Assembly: GCF_964213995.1 (NCBI RefSeq)
Contig: NC_135813.1
Location: forward strand, 97,526,001 to 97,590,000
Origin: Mustelus asterias
Taxonomy: Eukaryota
Length of the DNA: 64,000 bases
Direction: 5' to 3'
The notes under the pieces are model-generated. The model did no database searches. It was not told where the DNA came from and saw only the letters and a list, made by a program, of their open reading frames with translations. Shown here one piece after another: positions 46,105 to 59,330 of the stretch. Numbering within the stretch: position 1 is the stretch's first letter; every line of letters starts with the position of its first letter. A program made the translations under genes and the position numbers.

Positions 46105-49100
46105 GGCCGTATTTTACCATTTTGATTCTAAATACTGGGTGGACTTGAAACTGGGAGTGTTTCAGATCCGACTTTTAGACCCGTTCTCAGGCGCCCCCAT
46201 ACACACACTGCCTGAAAAAATATCAGCGAGTCCAAATCATACTACACAAACCTGTGGATGGGGCTTAACGCACCCGACACCCTGCAGCTCCGATCGGCGC
46301 CTCCAACTGCGCATGCGCAGAAAAAAAATGATAGAATAACCTCCCCTGCCACATCCCTCCTGGGCTGGATAATGCCTCCCCCTGGTGCCAGCAGACATTG
46401 TCCCACCCCCCACAACATTACTGACTGCCTTATGCCCCCACTCCCCACCACCCAGACTGATCATGGGCCCCACCACCTTCCCCCCACCGATCTCGGACAG
46501 TGTGGCAGCGGACCCCCCCTCCCCCTCCACTGATCTCAGGCAGAGTAGCAGCGGACCCCCCTTCCCCCTCACTCATCTCAGGCAAACAGATCCACCCTCC
46601 TCCCTCCACCCTACAAATATCAGGCAGAGCGATCCCCCTCACCCCCACCCCTGACCCTCCCGTACGAGGTCCCCATCTCCTCCAAACTCCGATGGCTGTG
46701 TGACACCTCCCTCTCTCTCCCCTGTCCCCAATCATTGAGGCACTGATCCACCCCCTCATCAGCACATCTGCAAGTGCTCACTTGCCTTCCACTCAATGCT
46801 AACAAGCAAACTGCAAGTAACTTGCTGGAATGCTCTGCCAAACTGCCTGCAGCTGATCTGCCCTCACAAGGGGCAGCTCCATAAAAACTCAAGAAAGGGC
46901 AGGCAGGCAGTGCAGGACAATGTATGCACGACCAGCGCCCCATTTTCCTGAGGGTAATTTGGGCAGACTACTGGATGCAGCAGAGGTGAGGCGGGACACC
47001 CTCTTCCCCCCAGGAGGACACAGACCCAGGGGTTCTGATGGGAATGCAGCCTGGGAGGCAGTCGCTGCCTCGGTCAGTGCCAGGGCCCTGGTCCTCCGAA
47101 CATGGGAAGCAGTGCCAGAAAAAGGTCAATGACCTCATCTGGGCAGCAAGGGTGAGTGTTGAACCCAATTTGCATCTTCCCCCAAATCTCCCCTAGATCC
47201 TCCCATCCCCAGCTCCTGACCCCCAAGCACCTTCTTCCTATCCCCCCCCCCCCCTCCAAGAGCCCCACTGCACTTGCCCTCTAAGAGCCACCACATGACA
47301 CTCTGCACTAGTCACACCATCATTTCTTTCATGGCTCCTTCTGTCTCCACAGGAGAAGACCGACCATAACACCCGTGAGAGGGTGAAGACAGGGGTTGGT
47401 GAGCCAGAGCTCTGGGTCCTCACCCCCTTTGAGGAGCAAGTGGTCCTCCAGGACTGACAGTGCCAGGTAACGCCGGAGCTTCTGGAGCTCACGCCATCCC
47501 ATGTAGTAACCCAGGGGCCCACAGGAACCCCAAGGGAGGAGGAAGGGCTTGAGCCCATGCCAGGGCTTTCCAGCCAGGAGACTGTGGCTGTGGCTACATT
47601 TTCTGACTCCCCCCCCTTCCTGACACTGGGGCATCTCAGTGGCAGCGGGATGAAGAGGGTGTCATGGAAACATCCCAGAATCCTCTTCCATTGATGATTG
47701 CCGGAGTGATGCTTCATGTTGATGTTGGTTGGGGAGGTCCCTCAATGCTGTGTCACTGAAAAAATGAAGCTATTGGTTCCCCAGAACCCACGAGCGATTC
47801 GCTCCTGAACCCCCACCCTCCCCAGGGCCCTGTATGAGGGTTTCAGATCCCTTGCCCTCTATACATTCATGGGCCCAGGTGCCAGAGTGCATGCGGAGCT
47901 CAGATTGAAGTCAGACTAGTTTGCACCAGGGCATCATCATAATGGTGCTTCGCAGGTCGTCATCACCCTCTTGCCTGCCAAAGAAACTAACGAACACAGT
48001 GTACCCATGCCCACCACTCTGGTGTGACGATGTTGTAGAAGATAGAAGGAATTTTGGGGTGGGGGGGATGGAACCAAATGACACAAGCCCCTAGCAACTG
48101 AACCGCCTGGTGATCAGGGGCCTCCCCAGCTGCCCTCGCATGCCTCATTTGAACTGCCAGCCCTCCAGCGCCTGGGTGGTGTTCCCAGGTGTGCTCTTCC
48201 TCTTCTTCTTCCTCCTCCTCTTCTTCCTCCTCCTGCTGGTCATCCTCCCAAGCGATGCCCGGCTGGTTAGCCTCCACATCCTCCTCCTCCTCCTCCAATA
48301 GGTCACCTCTCTGCAGAGTCAGGTTGTGCAAGGCACAGCACACGACCACAATGCGGGATGAGATCACAGGGCTGTATTGTTGGGCCCTGCCAGAGCGGTC
48401 CAGGCACCAGAAACTCATTTTGAGGAGCCCAATGTACCTCTCCACTATCGCGCGGGTAGCTACATGGGCCTCATTATAGCAGGTCTCAGCCTCAGTCACA
48501 GGCCTCCACACAGGCGTCATCAGCCGTGTCTGAAGCGGGTAACCCAAATCACCCAGGAACTACCCCCGCAGCCTGGGGTCCTCCTCAAATGCCTCCGGGA
48601 TGTCAAAGCTCCTGACAATGAAGCTGTCATGCACACTGCCTGGGTGTCTTACGCAGACGTGCATCATGTTGATATTATGGTCACACACTAGCTGATCATT
48701 TAGGGAGTGAAACCCCTTTCCGTTGATGAATCTTCGTGGATTTTGTAGTTGGGCCTTAGGGTGACGTGTGTGCAGTCATTGGCCCCCCGTACGTTAGGCA
48801 TCTCCACAATGGCGGCGAACCTTGCCCCCGGGCTTCCTGATGGGTCTGGTCCAGGTTACATTTGATATGCTGCCCTGTCCGGGCACACAGGGCTTCTGTG
48901 ACCTGCTTGACAAAGGTGTGCACAACTGACTGGGAAATGCCACAGACATCTCCGCTGAGGGTCTGGAAGGAGCCAGTCGCATAAAGGTTCAGAGCAGCCG
49001 TCAATTTGACAGCCACTGAGAATAGGTGCCCCCCCCCCCGCCCCACCACCACGCTCCCCCCCCCCCCCCACCACGCCCCCCCCCCCCCCCCCCCCACCCC

Positions 49101-49721
49101 ACACTCCCTGCCACAAGGTGCCAGGTCCTGCAACAGGCTGCACAGATGTTGCACTGTCTCCATTCAGAGTCAGGGATATCGGTGACACATGGCTTCCGAC
49201 ATCCGTTCAAATGACACTCGTGCCCATGGAACTGCCAGGGTCTCTGCTCCCTCCTTCTCCTGTTGCAAGCTGGACTTTGCTGAGCCACAGTCCCCCACCC
49301 CCTCCCCCCACACTCGCAGAGTCGCCACCAGCCCGAGAAAGAAAATGTCCGCAACGAAAGGACACACATGAGCAGCAGAGAGCTGTCGGACGCTACACAC
49401 TTACCTCCTCACTAACCCTCACTGATGGAGCGCCTGAATCAGACTTTTACGGAGCATGTCTGTTTCACACCGCTTCCGGATTGTCGAACGCAGCGGTAAA
49501 GGGGGAAGTGCTGGTGACGTCTGCCCATTAAGTCAATTTAAATGCATTTAAATGGCCGTCGCGCCTGTTTCAGGCATGGTCCCAATCGTGTGCATTTTTG
49601 GGCCTTGGTAAAGGGGGAACCGGCGTGGAGGTGGGTGCGGATCGCGCTACTCGCCTCACGCCTGACTTTACCAAATTTTCACCCCCGAAAACGGGCGCAA
49701 CTTGATGGTAAAATCAGGCCT
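46105..49721 (-). mobile_element. PIF/Harbinger copy 3 (internally deleted, same insertion site as copy 2)
   Basis: TIRs GGCCGTATTTTACCA / TGGTAAAATCAGGCCT followed by TAA; transposase remnant 47987-49230 on -; Myb exon MYARPAPHFPEGNLGRLLDAAEVRRDTLFP at 46920. Confidence 0.9.
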
Positions 49722-50530
49722 TAAGTGTCTGAATCTCAAGGAAGTTGAACTGTGGAGTTATTGAGCTGTAGTCTGAGACTCTGACATTGTGACGTATCAG
49801 GGAGGGAGGGAGTTACCTGGTCAGTTTACCCAGGGGGCAGTCACAGCCCGTAGATTCGGTGGTGGTTCAGATCTACTGGAGCAGGCGGGTGTGACTGTGA
49901 GTCGGGTCAGCATGGAAGCCCCAATTGCAGTGCTGGAGGAAGCTCAGCAATTGTCCTTATCTAACAGCAATGTACTTCCTGCTGCCCCTGTGGGTGAGGA
50001 CAGAATCTTCCTGGTGGATGAGAAATCTGACCATGGCTCCATTGGACATGAGGCCATTGAAGCGGAGGTGAATGTGTGGGCCCACAGCCTGCTGTCACTA
50101 ATGTTTGTAATTTTATTTCTATTGCACTTTTGATTTTTATTTGCAGCTGGAGTGGATTATTCAACCAGTGAAGATACAGAGGAAGAGACATTGACGTGAC
50201 TGGCCGAAGAACCCACCCCCATGAAAAGCTATTCAGGATTTTGTGAATGTATGTATCAAGGGGGGATTTACCAACTTGAGGCCCTGTTGTAGAATGGACA
50301 ATTTGGGGTTATTGTTTGTGCTTTAAAAAAAACTGTCTCCTTTTCTTATATATATATATATATAAGAATAAATATAAAATGCCTTCTCTTTTCAATAAAG
50401 TTATCGTTCCCTTTGCATCTTTTTAGATTATCAATAATAATGGTTACTTCACTATGATTATTACAATTTCTTTATTCAATAAAATTGTTGTTTTAACACA
50501 TTCCTTGGCATCATCACTCATTCCTGTTAC

Positions 50531-50870
50531 ATAGAAATCATAGAAACCCTACAGTGCAGAAGGAGGCCATTCAGCCCATCGAGTCTGCACCGACCACAAT
50601 CCCACCCAGGCCCTACCCCCACATATTTACCTGCTAATCCCTCTAACCTACGCATCTCAGGACTCTAAGGGGCAATTTTTAACCTGGCCAATCAACCTAA
50701 CCCGCACATCTTTGGACTGTGGGAGGAAACCGGAGCACCCGGAGAAAACCCACACAGACACGAGGAGAATGTGCAACCTCCACACAGACAGTGACCCGAG
50801 CCGGGAATCGAACCCAGGACCCTGGAGCTGTGAAGCAGCAATGCTAACCACTGTGCTACCATGCCGTCCC
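50531..50870 (-). mobile_element. V-SINE
   Basis: Reverse-complement head, V-domain and tail; absent from unit A. Confidence 0.85.
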
Positions 50871-51190
50871 GTGGCTGGTGTGATAGGTCTTAAACCTATC
50901 TACTCTAATTACCTCAACCACTCTGTGGTCGCAAGTTCCACTTTCTCACTACTCCTTAGGGCAAGAATTTCCTGTTGGGTTCAGTTGTGATTATCTTATA
51001 TCGATGACCCCTAGGTTTGGTCTCCCGACAAGCGGAAACACCTTTGCCCACCCTATCAAATCCTTCCCCAGGAAAACAGCCCAAGCCTGTTCAATCTTTC
51101 CTGATAGTTACAAACCTGACAGTTCTGGCAATCTTTATAAAGTTCCACTTTTACTCAAAACATGGTTAGTGAAATCTGCACAGAATAATC

Positions 51191-51634
51191 TTACGTACAG
51201 AATATTACTCTAAACCTAAATGAGACTCCACAAGGGACTCTCACGCCCTGACAGTTTTTTGGCATGCCAGCCATGAACCCAACGATGACCATGGATGAGG
51301 CTGCATTAGGGAGAAGGAAGGGGCTGTTTGAGACAGTGAGTGGAGAGGCCTTACTTCCCTTCCCAACTCCAGGGCCTCCCATTCATCAATGACAGGACCA
51401 CTCCCCGCCCGAGTGCTTGTTTCCACTCAAGTATGATTCTTATCGACGATTTTGCATGTATGTAAAGGTAGAGGGCCGGGGTAGAATTGATTCACTGAAT
51501 GTTGGAGCATCTCGCACAGTCATTTATTCTGAGGCTCCAATTATTTCCAAAAGGGATTTGCTGGGGATGGTTCAATAGGAACAGTGTTGGTTTCTCTGGA
51601 GATTGAGTTGGGACCACCATGTACAAATGACCAT
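51191..51634 (-). pseudogene. Second copy of the penton-like decayed ORF
   Basis: Near-identical to 38680-39123. Confidence 0.4.
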
Positions 51635-51726
51635 GTTTATTAATCAAAGTCAGACACAGAGTGGGAATATTGGCATTGGGTGGATGAAGGCCCACGATGT
51701 TGCAGTAAATATTTACAATCACTCAT

Positions 51727-52028
51727 GGGTTCGATTCCCGGCTTGGGTCACTGTCTGTGTGAAGTTTGCACATTCTCCTTGTGTCTGTGTGGGTTTCCTC
51801 TGGGTGCTCCGGTTTCCTCCCACAGTCCAAAGATGTGCGGGTTAGGTTGATTGGCTATGCTAAAATTGCCCCTTAGAGTCCTGGGATGTGTAGATTAGAG
51901 GGATTAGTGGGTAAAATATGTAGGGATAAGGGGGTAGGGCCTGGGTGGGATTGTGGGTCGGTGCAGATTCGATGGGCCGAATGGCCTCTTTCTGTACTGT
52001 AGGGTTTCTATGATTTCTATGATTTCTA
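51727..52028 (+). mobile_element. 5'-truncated V-SINE
   Basis: Starts at the B-box; empty site at ~39214 in unit A. Confidence 0.8.
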
Positions 52029-52154
52029 ATTGTGGAGGGGAACAGAAGAGGGAAATACATTTTGGTTATTCCCCCAGTAAAATCTGCAGAAGGGACAGAT
52101 AGCAAGTTAACGGTTGAACAACTTCACCGACCCAGTGGAGTCGGTCTCTCCCAC

Positions 52155-52600
52155 TGTCTGTCCTGCTCGGCTACTCTGCTAATCAACTCTGGCCAACTCC
52201 TCCTTCATCGCGGTCTTTTTACCTAATGATTCTTCAACTCTGCCCACACAGATTCTACATCCTCTGACTTTACATTGTTTCTTGCTATCGATTTAATGTG
52301 ATTTCTTACGAACGAGGCAACCCCGCCCACTCTGCCCACCTGCCTGTCTTTTCGGTAGGATGTGTATCCTTGGATGTTTAGCTCCCAGCCCTGATCCCCT
52401 TGCAGCCACGTTGCTGTGACACCCACAACATCGTACCCGTCAATTTCAATCTGCCCGACAAGAACATTTACCTTATTTTGTATACTGTGTGCATTCAAAT
52501 ACTTCACCCTCAGTCTTACATTAACTGCCTCCCTTCTCATTGTCACCCCTTTATCTGCTGTGTCTGAAGTTAGATTCCTAACCCTTTCCATCACTCTGTC
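52155..52600 (-). mobile_element. CR1 LINE APE-endonuclease fragment
   Basis: YLNAHSIQNK...DVVGVTATWLQGDQGWELNIQGYTSYRKDR...GGVA (ORF 52223-52594). Confidence 0.85.
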
Positions 52601-53026
52601 CTATCATTTGTCCTGGAGAGTTTAATTCAAGACACATCCATGACATACAGTCGATGCCATAGCAGAGCAAAGAGTATTAAGACCATGAACCAGATGGGTC
52701 ATGGAGGTTGACGGTAGATCATCATCAGGTCTTAAATAAGAACATTCCTGCCAGTGCACCCGTGTTGGCAGACTTGGTGTCTAACTTATGAGTGGGTTAA
52801 CTGGTTTCATCTTAATCAAATTAAACTATATAAAGAGGAACATGTTTAAAGGTTAACATTTGCTGAAATGGAAAGCAGCCAGTATCAGACCCTTGCACCC
52901 AATCGTATGGGATCCGGAAGAGCCACTTCCAAGGGGATGCTACAGGAGGAGTTCAAGTTGGGAGACAGCTCTGCCGGAAGGTTAAACAGGGACAGAATTT
53001 AGCATTACAAAGACAGGATTAACAAT

Positions 53027-53200
53027 GGGTGGCACAGTGGCACAATGGTTAGCACTGCTGCTTCCCAGCTCCAGGGTCCCGGGTTCAATTCCCAGCTTGG
53101 GTCACTGTCTGTACGGAATCTGCACGTTTTCCCGGTGTCTGCGTGGCTTTCCTCCGGATGCTCCAATTTCCTCCCACAGTCCGAAAGACATGCTGGTTGG
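53027..53200 (+). mobile_element. V-SINE 5' half
   Basis: tRNA head and V-domain, directly followed by a Penelope-type terminal repeat. Confidence 0.8.
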
Positions 53201-53205
53201 TCACT

Positions 53206-53247
53206 TACCTGATGAAGGAGCAGCGCTCCGAAAGTTAGTGGCTTGTG
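53206..53247 (+). ncRNA. Minimal hammerhead-ribozyme-like motif in a Penelope-type repeat (repeat extends to ~53300)
   Basis: TAC-CTGATGA-A-GGAGC agc GCTCC-GAAA-GT tagtg GC-TT-GTG: hammerhead core boxes with three pairable stems. Confidence 0.55.
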
Positions 53248-53684
53248 CTACCAAATAAACCTATTGGACTTTAACCTGGTGTTGTGAGACTTCTTACTGT
53301 GTGAGGTTATTTCCCAGACTCTGCGGGGAACTTACAGGAAATGAAACTTCAGCTCAGATCTCACTTGCTTGTTGGTGGTGGGTATTGTGCTGGGAGGGGG
53401 CACCATGGGGGGTGGGGAGGGGATGCCGTGGGGAAGGGGTGGGCGAGGAGAAACTCAATTGTGAGAAACGTGGGGGGAGCGGATCTGCTGATTCAGTCAG
53501 GGCTAGAGAGCAGTGAGAGTCCTGTGGATCTGCACGTCAGTTCAAATGGCTGTGCTAGACATTCCTCTCCTGGACCCCGTCAAGGGAAGAAGAGGGCCTG
53601 TTCGTCCTGTTACAGTCCTGCCCAACATGGTGAACAGGCCATGGTCATTCCTGTGGGCTGCTGGCAGTGCCAGTGGTCTGCCAG

Positions 53685-56600
53685 TGATTAGTGTGGGAGA
53701 AATGGGTTTGAATTCATGGGACATTGGCACCAGTATTGGGGAAGAGGGGACCTGTTCCAATGGGACAGTCTTCATCTGAATCGTGCTGGGACCAGAGTCC
53801 TGGCGAATCGTATAACTAGGGCTTAGATTGGCCTTTAAACTAAATAGTGGAGGGGAAGGTTCAGTGGAATGGAGAACTAGAAAATCAAAGTTAAAGGAGA
53901 GGGTGGAAGTGCAGGCTAATGGAAGTGAGGGCTTAGGAGAGGTTAGTAAAGTTTCCACACCACGTATTAGAACAGAAAGTATAGAAGGTGGCAGGAATTT
54001 AACCTCAGGCAGAGCAAAAAAGGTGACAAGTATGAGAAGGGAGGTGGTCAATGCAGGATTGAGGGTGTTGTACCTAAATGTGCGCAGGATACGGAACAAG
54101 GTAAATAAGCTTGTTGCGCACATTGAAATAGTCCGGTACGATGTTGTGGGCATCACAGAGACATGGTTGCAAGGGGATCAGGGCTGGGATCTAAATATCC
54201 AAGGATATTGTCCTATCGGAAGGACAGGCAGATGGGCAAAGGGGGCGGGGTTGCATTGTTAGTAAGGAATGAAGTTGAACCAATAGCAAGAAGTGATATC
54301 GGATCAGAAGGCATAGAATCTCTGTGGGTAGAGTTGAGGAATCTAAAGGTAAAAATACCCTGATGGGAGTTATGTACAGGTCCCCTAGCAGTAGTCAGGA
54401 TGAGGGGCAGAAAATAAATCAGGAGATAGAAAAGGCATATTAAAAAAGGCAATATTACAATAATCATGGGGGACTTCAATATGCAGGTGGACTGGGAAAA
54501 TCAGGTAGGTAGTGGATCCCAAGAAAAGGAATTTGTGGAATGTCTAAGATGTTTTTTTGGAGCAGCTTGTGACAGAGCCTACTAGGGAACAGGCTATTCT
54601 TGATTTGGTGATGTGTAATGAGGCAGACTTGATTAGGGAACTTAAGGTGAAGGAACACTTAGGAAGTAGTGACCACAATATGACAGAATTTACCCTGGAG
54701 GGAGAAGCTGGAATCAGATGTAACGGTATTACAATTAAATAAAGATATCTACAAAGACATGAGGGAGGAGCTGGCCAGAGTTGATTGGAAAGGGAGCCTA
54801 GCAGGGAAGACAGTGGAACAGCAATGGCAGGTGTTATCATAGAATCACAGAAACCCTACAGTACAGAAAGAGGCCATTCGGCCCATCGAGTCTGCAACGA
54901 CCACAATCCCACCCAGGCCCTACCCCCATATCCCTACATATTTTACCCGCTAATCCCTCTAATCTACGCATCCCAGGACACTAAGGGACAATTTTTAACC
55001 TGGCCAATCAACCTAACCCGCACATCTTTGGACTGTGGGAGGAAACCGGAGCACCCGGAGGAAACCCATGCAGACACGGGTTTTTGAGAGTTATTCAGGA
55101 GGCACAACAGAAGTTCATCCCAAGGAGGAGGAAACATGCTAAGGGGAGGATGAGACATCCATGGCTGACGAGGGAAGTGAAGGACAGCATAAAAGCAAAA
55201 GAAAAAGCATATAGAGTGGCAAGGATTAGTGGGAACTCAGAGGATTGGGAAGCCTCTAAAAGCGAGCAGAGGTCAACTAAAAAAGCAATAAGGGGGGAGA
55301 ACATGAAATATGAGTGTAAGCTAGCGAGTAATATAAAAGAAGTTGGAAGAGTTTTTTTTCAATATATAAAAGGTAAGAGAGAGGCAAAAATAGCCATTGG
55401 ACCACTGGAAAATGAGGCTGGAGAAGTAATAATAGGAAACAAAGCAATGGCAGAGGAACTGAATAGTTACTTTGCATCAGTCTTCACGGTGGAAGACACC
55501 AATGGGATACCAGAGCTCCAGGAGAGTCAGGGGGCACAGGTGAGTGTAGTGGCCATCACTAAGGAGAAGGTTCTGGGGAAACTGATAGATCTGAAGGTGG
55601 ATAAACCACCTGGACTGGATGGACTACACCCCAGGGTTCTAAAAGAGATAGCTGAGGAAATTGAGTAGGCATTGGTGGTGATCCTTCAGGAATCACTGGA
55701 GGCAGGGAGGATACCAGAGGACTGGCAAGTACCTAATGTAACACCGCTGTTTAAGAAGGGAGGGAGGCAGTAAGCGGGAAATTATAGGTCAGTTAGCCTG
55801 ACTTCGGTCAATGGCTAGATTTTAGAGTCCATTATTAAAGATGAGATCACAGGGTACTTGGAAGTGCATGATAAAGGAGGACTGAGTCAGCACGGCTTTG
55901 TCAAGGGGAGGTCATGTCTGACAAATCTGTTAGAGTTCTTTGAGGAGGTAACAAGGAAGTTAGATAAAGGAGAATTAGTGGACGTGATTTATTTAGATTT
56001 CCAGAAGGCCTTTGATGAGGTGCCGCATAGGAGACTGTTAAATAAGTTAAGTGCCCATGGTGTTAAGGGTAAGAGCCTGACATGGATAGAGGATTGGCTG
56101 ACTGGCAGAAGACAGAGATTGGGGATAAAGGGATCTTTTTCAGGATGGCAGCCAGTGAATAGTGGTGTGCCTCAGGGGGTCAGTGCTGGGATCACAACTT
56201 TTCACAATATACATTAACGATTTGGAGGAAGGAACTGAAGGCACTGTTGCTACGTTTGCAGATGATACAAAGATATGTAGAGGGACAGGTAGTATCGAGG
56301 AAGCAGGGGGACTGCAGAAGGACTTGGACAGGTTGGGAGAGTGGGCAAAGAAGTGGCAGATGGAATACAATGTGGAAAAGTGTGAGGTTATGCACTTTGG
56401 AAGGAGGAATGGAGGCATAGACTATTTTCTAAATGGGGAAATGATTAGGAAATCAGAAACACAAAGGGACTTGGGAGTCCTTGTTCAAGATTCTCTTAAG
56501 GTTAACGTGCAGGTTCAGTCAGCAGTTAGGAAGGCAAATGCAATGTTAGCATTCATGTCAAGAGGGCTAGAATACAAGAGCAGGGGTGTACTTCTGAGGC

Positions 56601-57175
56601 TGTATAAGGCTCTGGTCAGACCCCATTTGGAGTATTGTGAGTATTGGAGTTTTGGGCCCCATATCTAAGGAAGGATGTGCTGGCCTTGGAATGGGTCCAA
56701 GGGAGGTTCACAAGAATAATCCCTGGAATGAAGAGCTTGTCGTATGAGGAACAGTTGAGGACTCTGGTCTGTACTCGTTGGAGGTTAGAAGGATGAGGGG
56801 GGATCTTATTGAAACTTACAGGATATTGTGAGGCCTGGATAGAGTGGACATGGAGAGGATGTTTCCACTAGTAGGAAAAACTAAAACCAGAGGGCACAAC
56901 CTCAGGCTAAAGGAACGATCCTTTAAAACAGAGATGGAGGAGGAATTTCTTCAGCCAGAGAGTGGTGAATCTGTGGAACTCTTTGCCACAGAAGGCTGTG
57001 GAGGCCAGGTCATTGAGTGTCTTTAAGACAGAGATCGGTAGGTTCTTGATCAATAAGGGGATCAGGGGTTATTGGGAAAGGTAGAAGAATGGGGATGTGA
57101 AAAATATCAGCCATGCTTGAATGGCGGAGCAGACTCGATGGGCCGAGTGGCCTAATTCTGCTCCTATGTCTTATG
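53685..57175 (+). mobile_element. CR1 LINE, ~3.5 kb (end of ORF1 plus decayed endonuclease-RT ORF2)
   Basis: ORF1 end HWHQYWGRGDLFQWDSLHLNRAG, then GITETWL, GSSDHN, QHGFVKGRSCLTNL, YLDFQKAFD, FADDTK and the CR1 tail. Stops and frameshifts present; empty site at ~25950. Confidence 0.93.
54836..55080 (-). mobile_element. V-SINE (5'-truncated) inserted in the CR1
   Basis: Reverse-complement V-domain and tail interrupt ORF2. Confidence 0.85.
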
Positions 57176-57249
57176 TGGGAGTTTGTGGACAGCATTGCAA
57201 TCGCAAACAACCACACTAATTGCAAGGAAGTTGGCACAGATCTCGAGAA

Positions 57250-57716
57250 TGATCAGGGACAGGAATGTAATGGAATATTCCCCACTTGCCTGGATAGTGC
57301 AGATTCAACAACAGTCAACAAGCTTGACACCATCTAGGACAAAGCAGCCCACTTGATTGGCACCATATCTACAAACACCCACTCCCTTCACCATCGATGC
57401 TCAGTAGCAGCAGTGTGGCACCAAAGATCCTTAGACAGCACCTTCCAAACCCACGACCACTTCCACTTGGAAGGACAAGGGCAGCAGATTGATGGGATCA
57501 TTACCACCTGCAAGTTGCTCTCCAAGCCACTCACCATCGTGACTTGGAAATATATTGCTCTTCCTTCAGTTGCTGAGTAAAAATCCTGGAATTCCCTCCC
57601 TAACAGCATTGTGGGTAAACCCACAGCACATGGACTGCAGCGATTCAAGAGGCAGCTCACCACCACCTTCTCAGGGGCAACTAGGGTTGGGCAATAAATG
57701 CTGGCCAGCCAGCGAC
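57250..57716 (+). mobile_element. CR1/L2-group LINE 3' fragment
   Basis: Homologous to 19665-20190. Confidence 0.7.
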
Positions 57717-57850
57717 GATGTGGAGATGCCGGCGTTGGACTGGGGTAAACACAGTAAGAAGTTTAACAACACCAGGTTAAAGTCCAACAGGTTTATTTGG
57801 TAGCAAAAGCCACACAAGCTTTCGAAGCTCTAAGCCCCTTCTTCAGGTGA
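57717..57850 (-). mobile_element. Penelope-type terminal repeat with hammerhead-like core
   Basis: Minus strand reads CAC-CTGAAGA-A-GGGGCT tag AGCTTC-GAAA-GC ttgtgtg GC-TT. Confidence 0.6.
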
Positions 57851-58062
57851 GCATGTCTCACGAATGTATATAAAGAAACAACTCCAAACATGGAATCAGG
57901 AAATTCACACTGATCAGGACACAGGGAATTGTGTGGCCAAAAACTGCTTTCCCACCCTCCCCTGAATCGGTACAAAAACGAAAATCATAGAATTCACATC
58001 AGTGTTGGCAATGTGGAGATGCCATGATGCTACCAGCCACAACACTGTAACCCCTGCCCTGT

Positions 58063-58278
58063 CGGGGGTCGGTTAAACTCAGTTGGTTGGATAGCTGGTT
58101 TGTGATGTGTGAGCGACAGGTTCAATTCCCACACCGGCTGAGGTTCTTTATGAAGCTCCACCTTCTCAACCTCCCCCCTCGCCTGAGGTGTGGTAATCCT
58201 CAGGTTAAATCAGCATCCATTAACTCTCCCCGTCAAAGTGGAGTGCAGCCTATGGCCATCTGTGACTGTGGCAACTAA
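58063..58278 (+). mobile_element. tRNA-derived SINE, second family
   Basis: Duplicated counterpart of 26785-27026. Confidence 0.65.
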
Positions 58279-58631
58279 ATTAATAATTAGGCTGACACAT
58301 CAAAACAAGTATCAAATCAAAACAATGCCTTTCACCATAGGGCCTGAGTCAGGATGGCTGAGTGACTCTGAAACATTACATGGTAAATGTTTGCTGATTT
58401 GCATCCCAGTAAGTTTCATGTTTACAATCTATGTAGCATCATGCCTTAAATATGTTACTCCATTCTCAAAGTTACAAAGCCAATGCTCAGAATGGACCGG
58501 GGAAACCCAAATCCATTCCTTACTGGTTTCAAACACCAAATTCAAATTCCAATTCAGATTTTATCTATATATAAAAGCTGTGTATTCAGTCTGGTTGCAA
58601 GTCTTTTTTAAACAAGGATTGTTTTAAAAAC

Positions 58632-58970
58632 GGGCGGCACGGCAGCACAGTGGTTAGCACTGCTGCTTCACGGCTCCAGGGACCTGGGTTCGATTCCCGC
58701 CTTGGGTCACTGTTAGTGTGGAGTTTGCACATTCTCCTCGTGTCTGTGTGGGTTTCCTCCGGGTGCTCCGGTTTCCTCCCACAGTCCAAAGATGTGCGGG
58801 TTAGGTTGATTGGCCATGCTAAAATTGCCCCTTAGTGTCCTGAGATGCGTAGGTTAGAGGGATTAGCAGGTAAATATGTGGGGATATGGGGATAGGGCCT
58901 GGGTGGGATTGTGGTCGGTGCAGACTCGATGGGCCAAATGGCCTCTTTCTGCACTGTAGGGTTTCTATGA
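58632..58970 (+). mobile_element. V-SINE upstream of the ISG15-like copy 3 promoter
   Basis: Full-length; absent from units A and B. Confidence 0.88.
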
Positions 58971-59113
58971 TGATTCAATAAAAAGAAAACATTGGGGTGA
59001 GATGAGATTTCTCAGAGTAATAAGTGCTCTGAGGGCCCGGTGGGCGGGGCCGGGAGGGGCCATGGCATCAAGCCGCACCGCCCCAATCATTGCTCGGCTG
59101 GAGATGGTCTGCA

Positions 59114-59330
59114 GGAAATGGAAAGTGAAACTGATCAGAGGCTGTTTGCTGTCAGCAACAACACAGCTCCCCGGCTGAGGGTGTGACCATTTGTCAGACA
59201 CTGAGGGGATTTTTCGGAAATTGAAACTCGAGTTCAGATATATATTTTTATAACAGAGCCGGAGAATGTCGGGCAATCAGGGAGCAGCAAGGCTGTGACG
59301 TTCGGAAACAGGCTCTGAGAATAAAAGGGG
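59114..59330 (+). promoter_or_regulatory. ISG15-like copy 3 promoter: two ISREs
   Basis: GAAAGTGAAACT at 59121-59132 and GGAAATTGAAACT at 59216-59228. Donor at 59540, acceptor ending 60844. Confidence 0.8.

Larger units (their letters stand above)
40510..52150 (+). repeat. Segmental duplication unit B
   Basis: Collinear with unit A; carries extra V-SINEs at 50531 and 51727. Confidence 0.9.
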
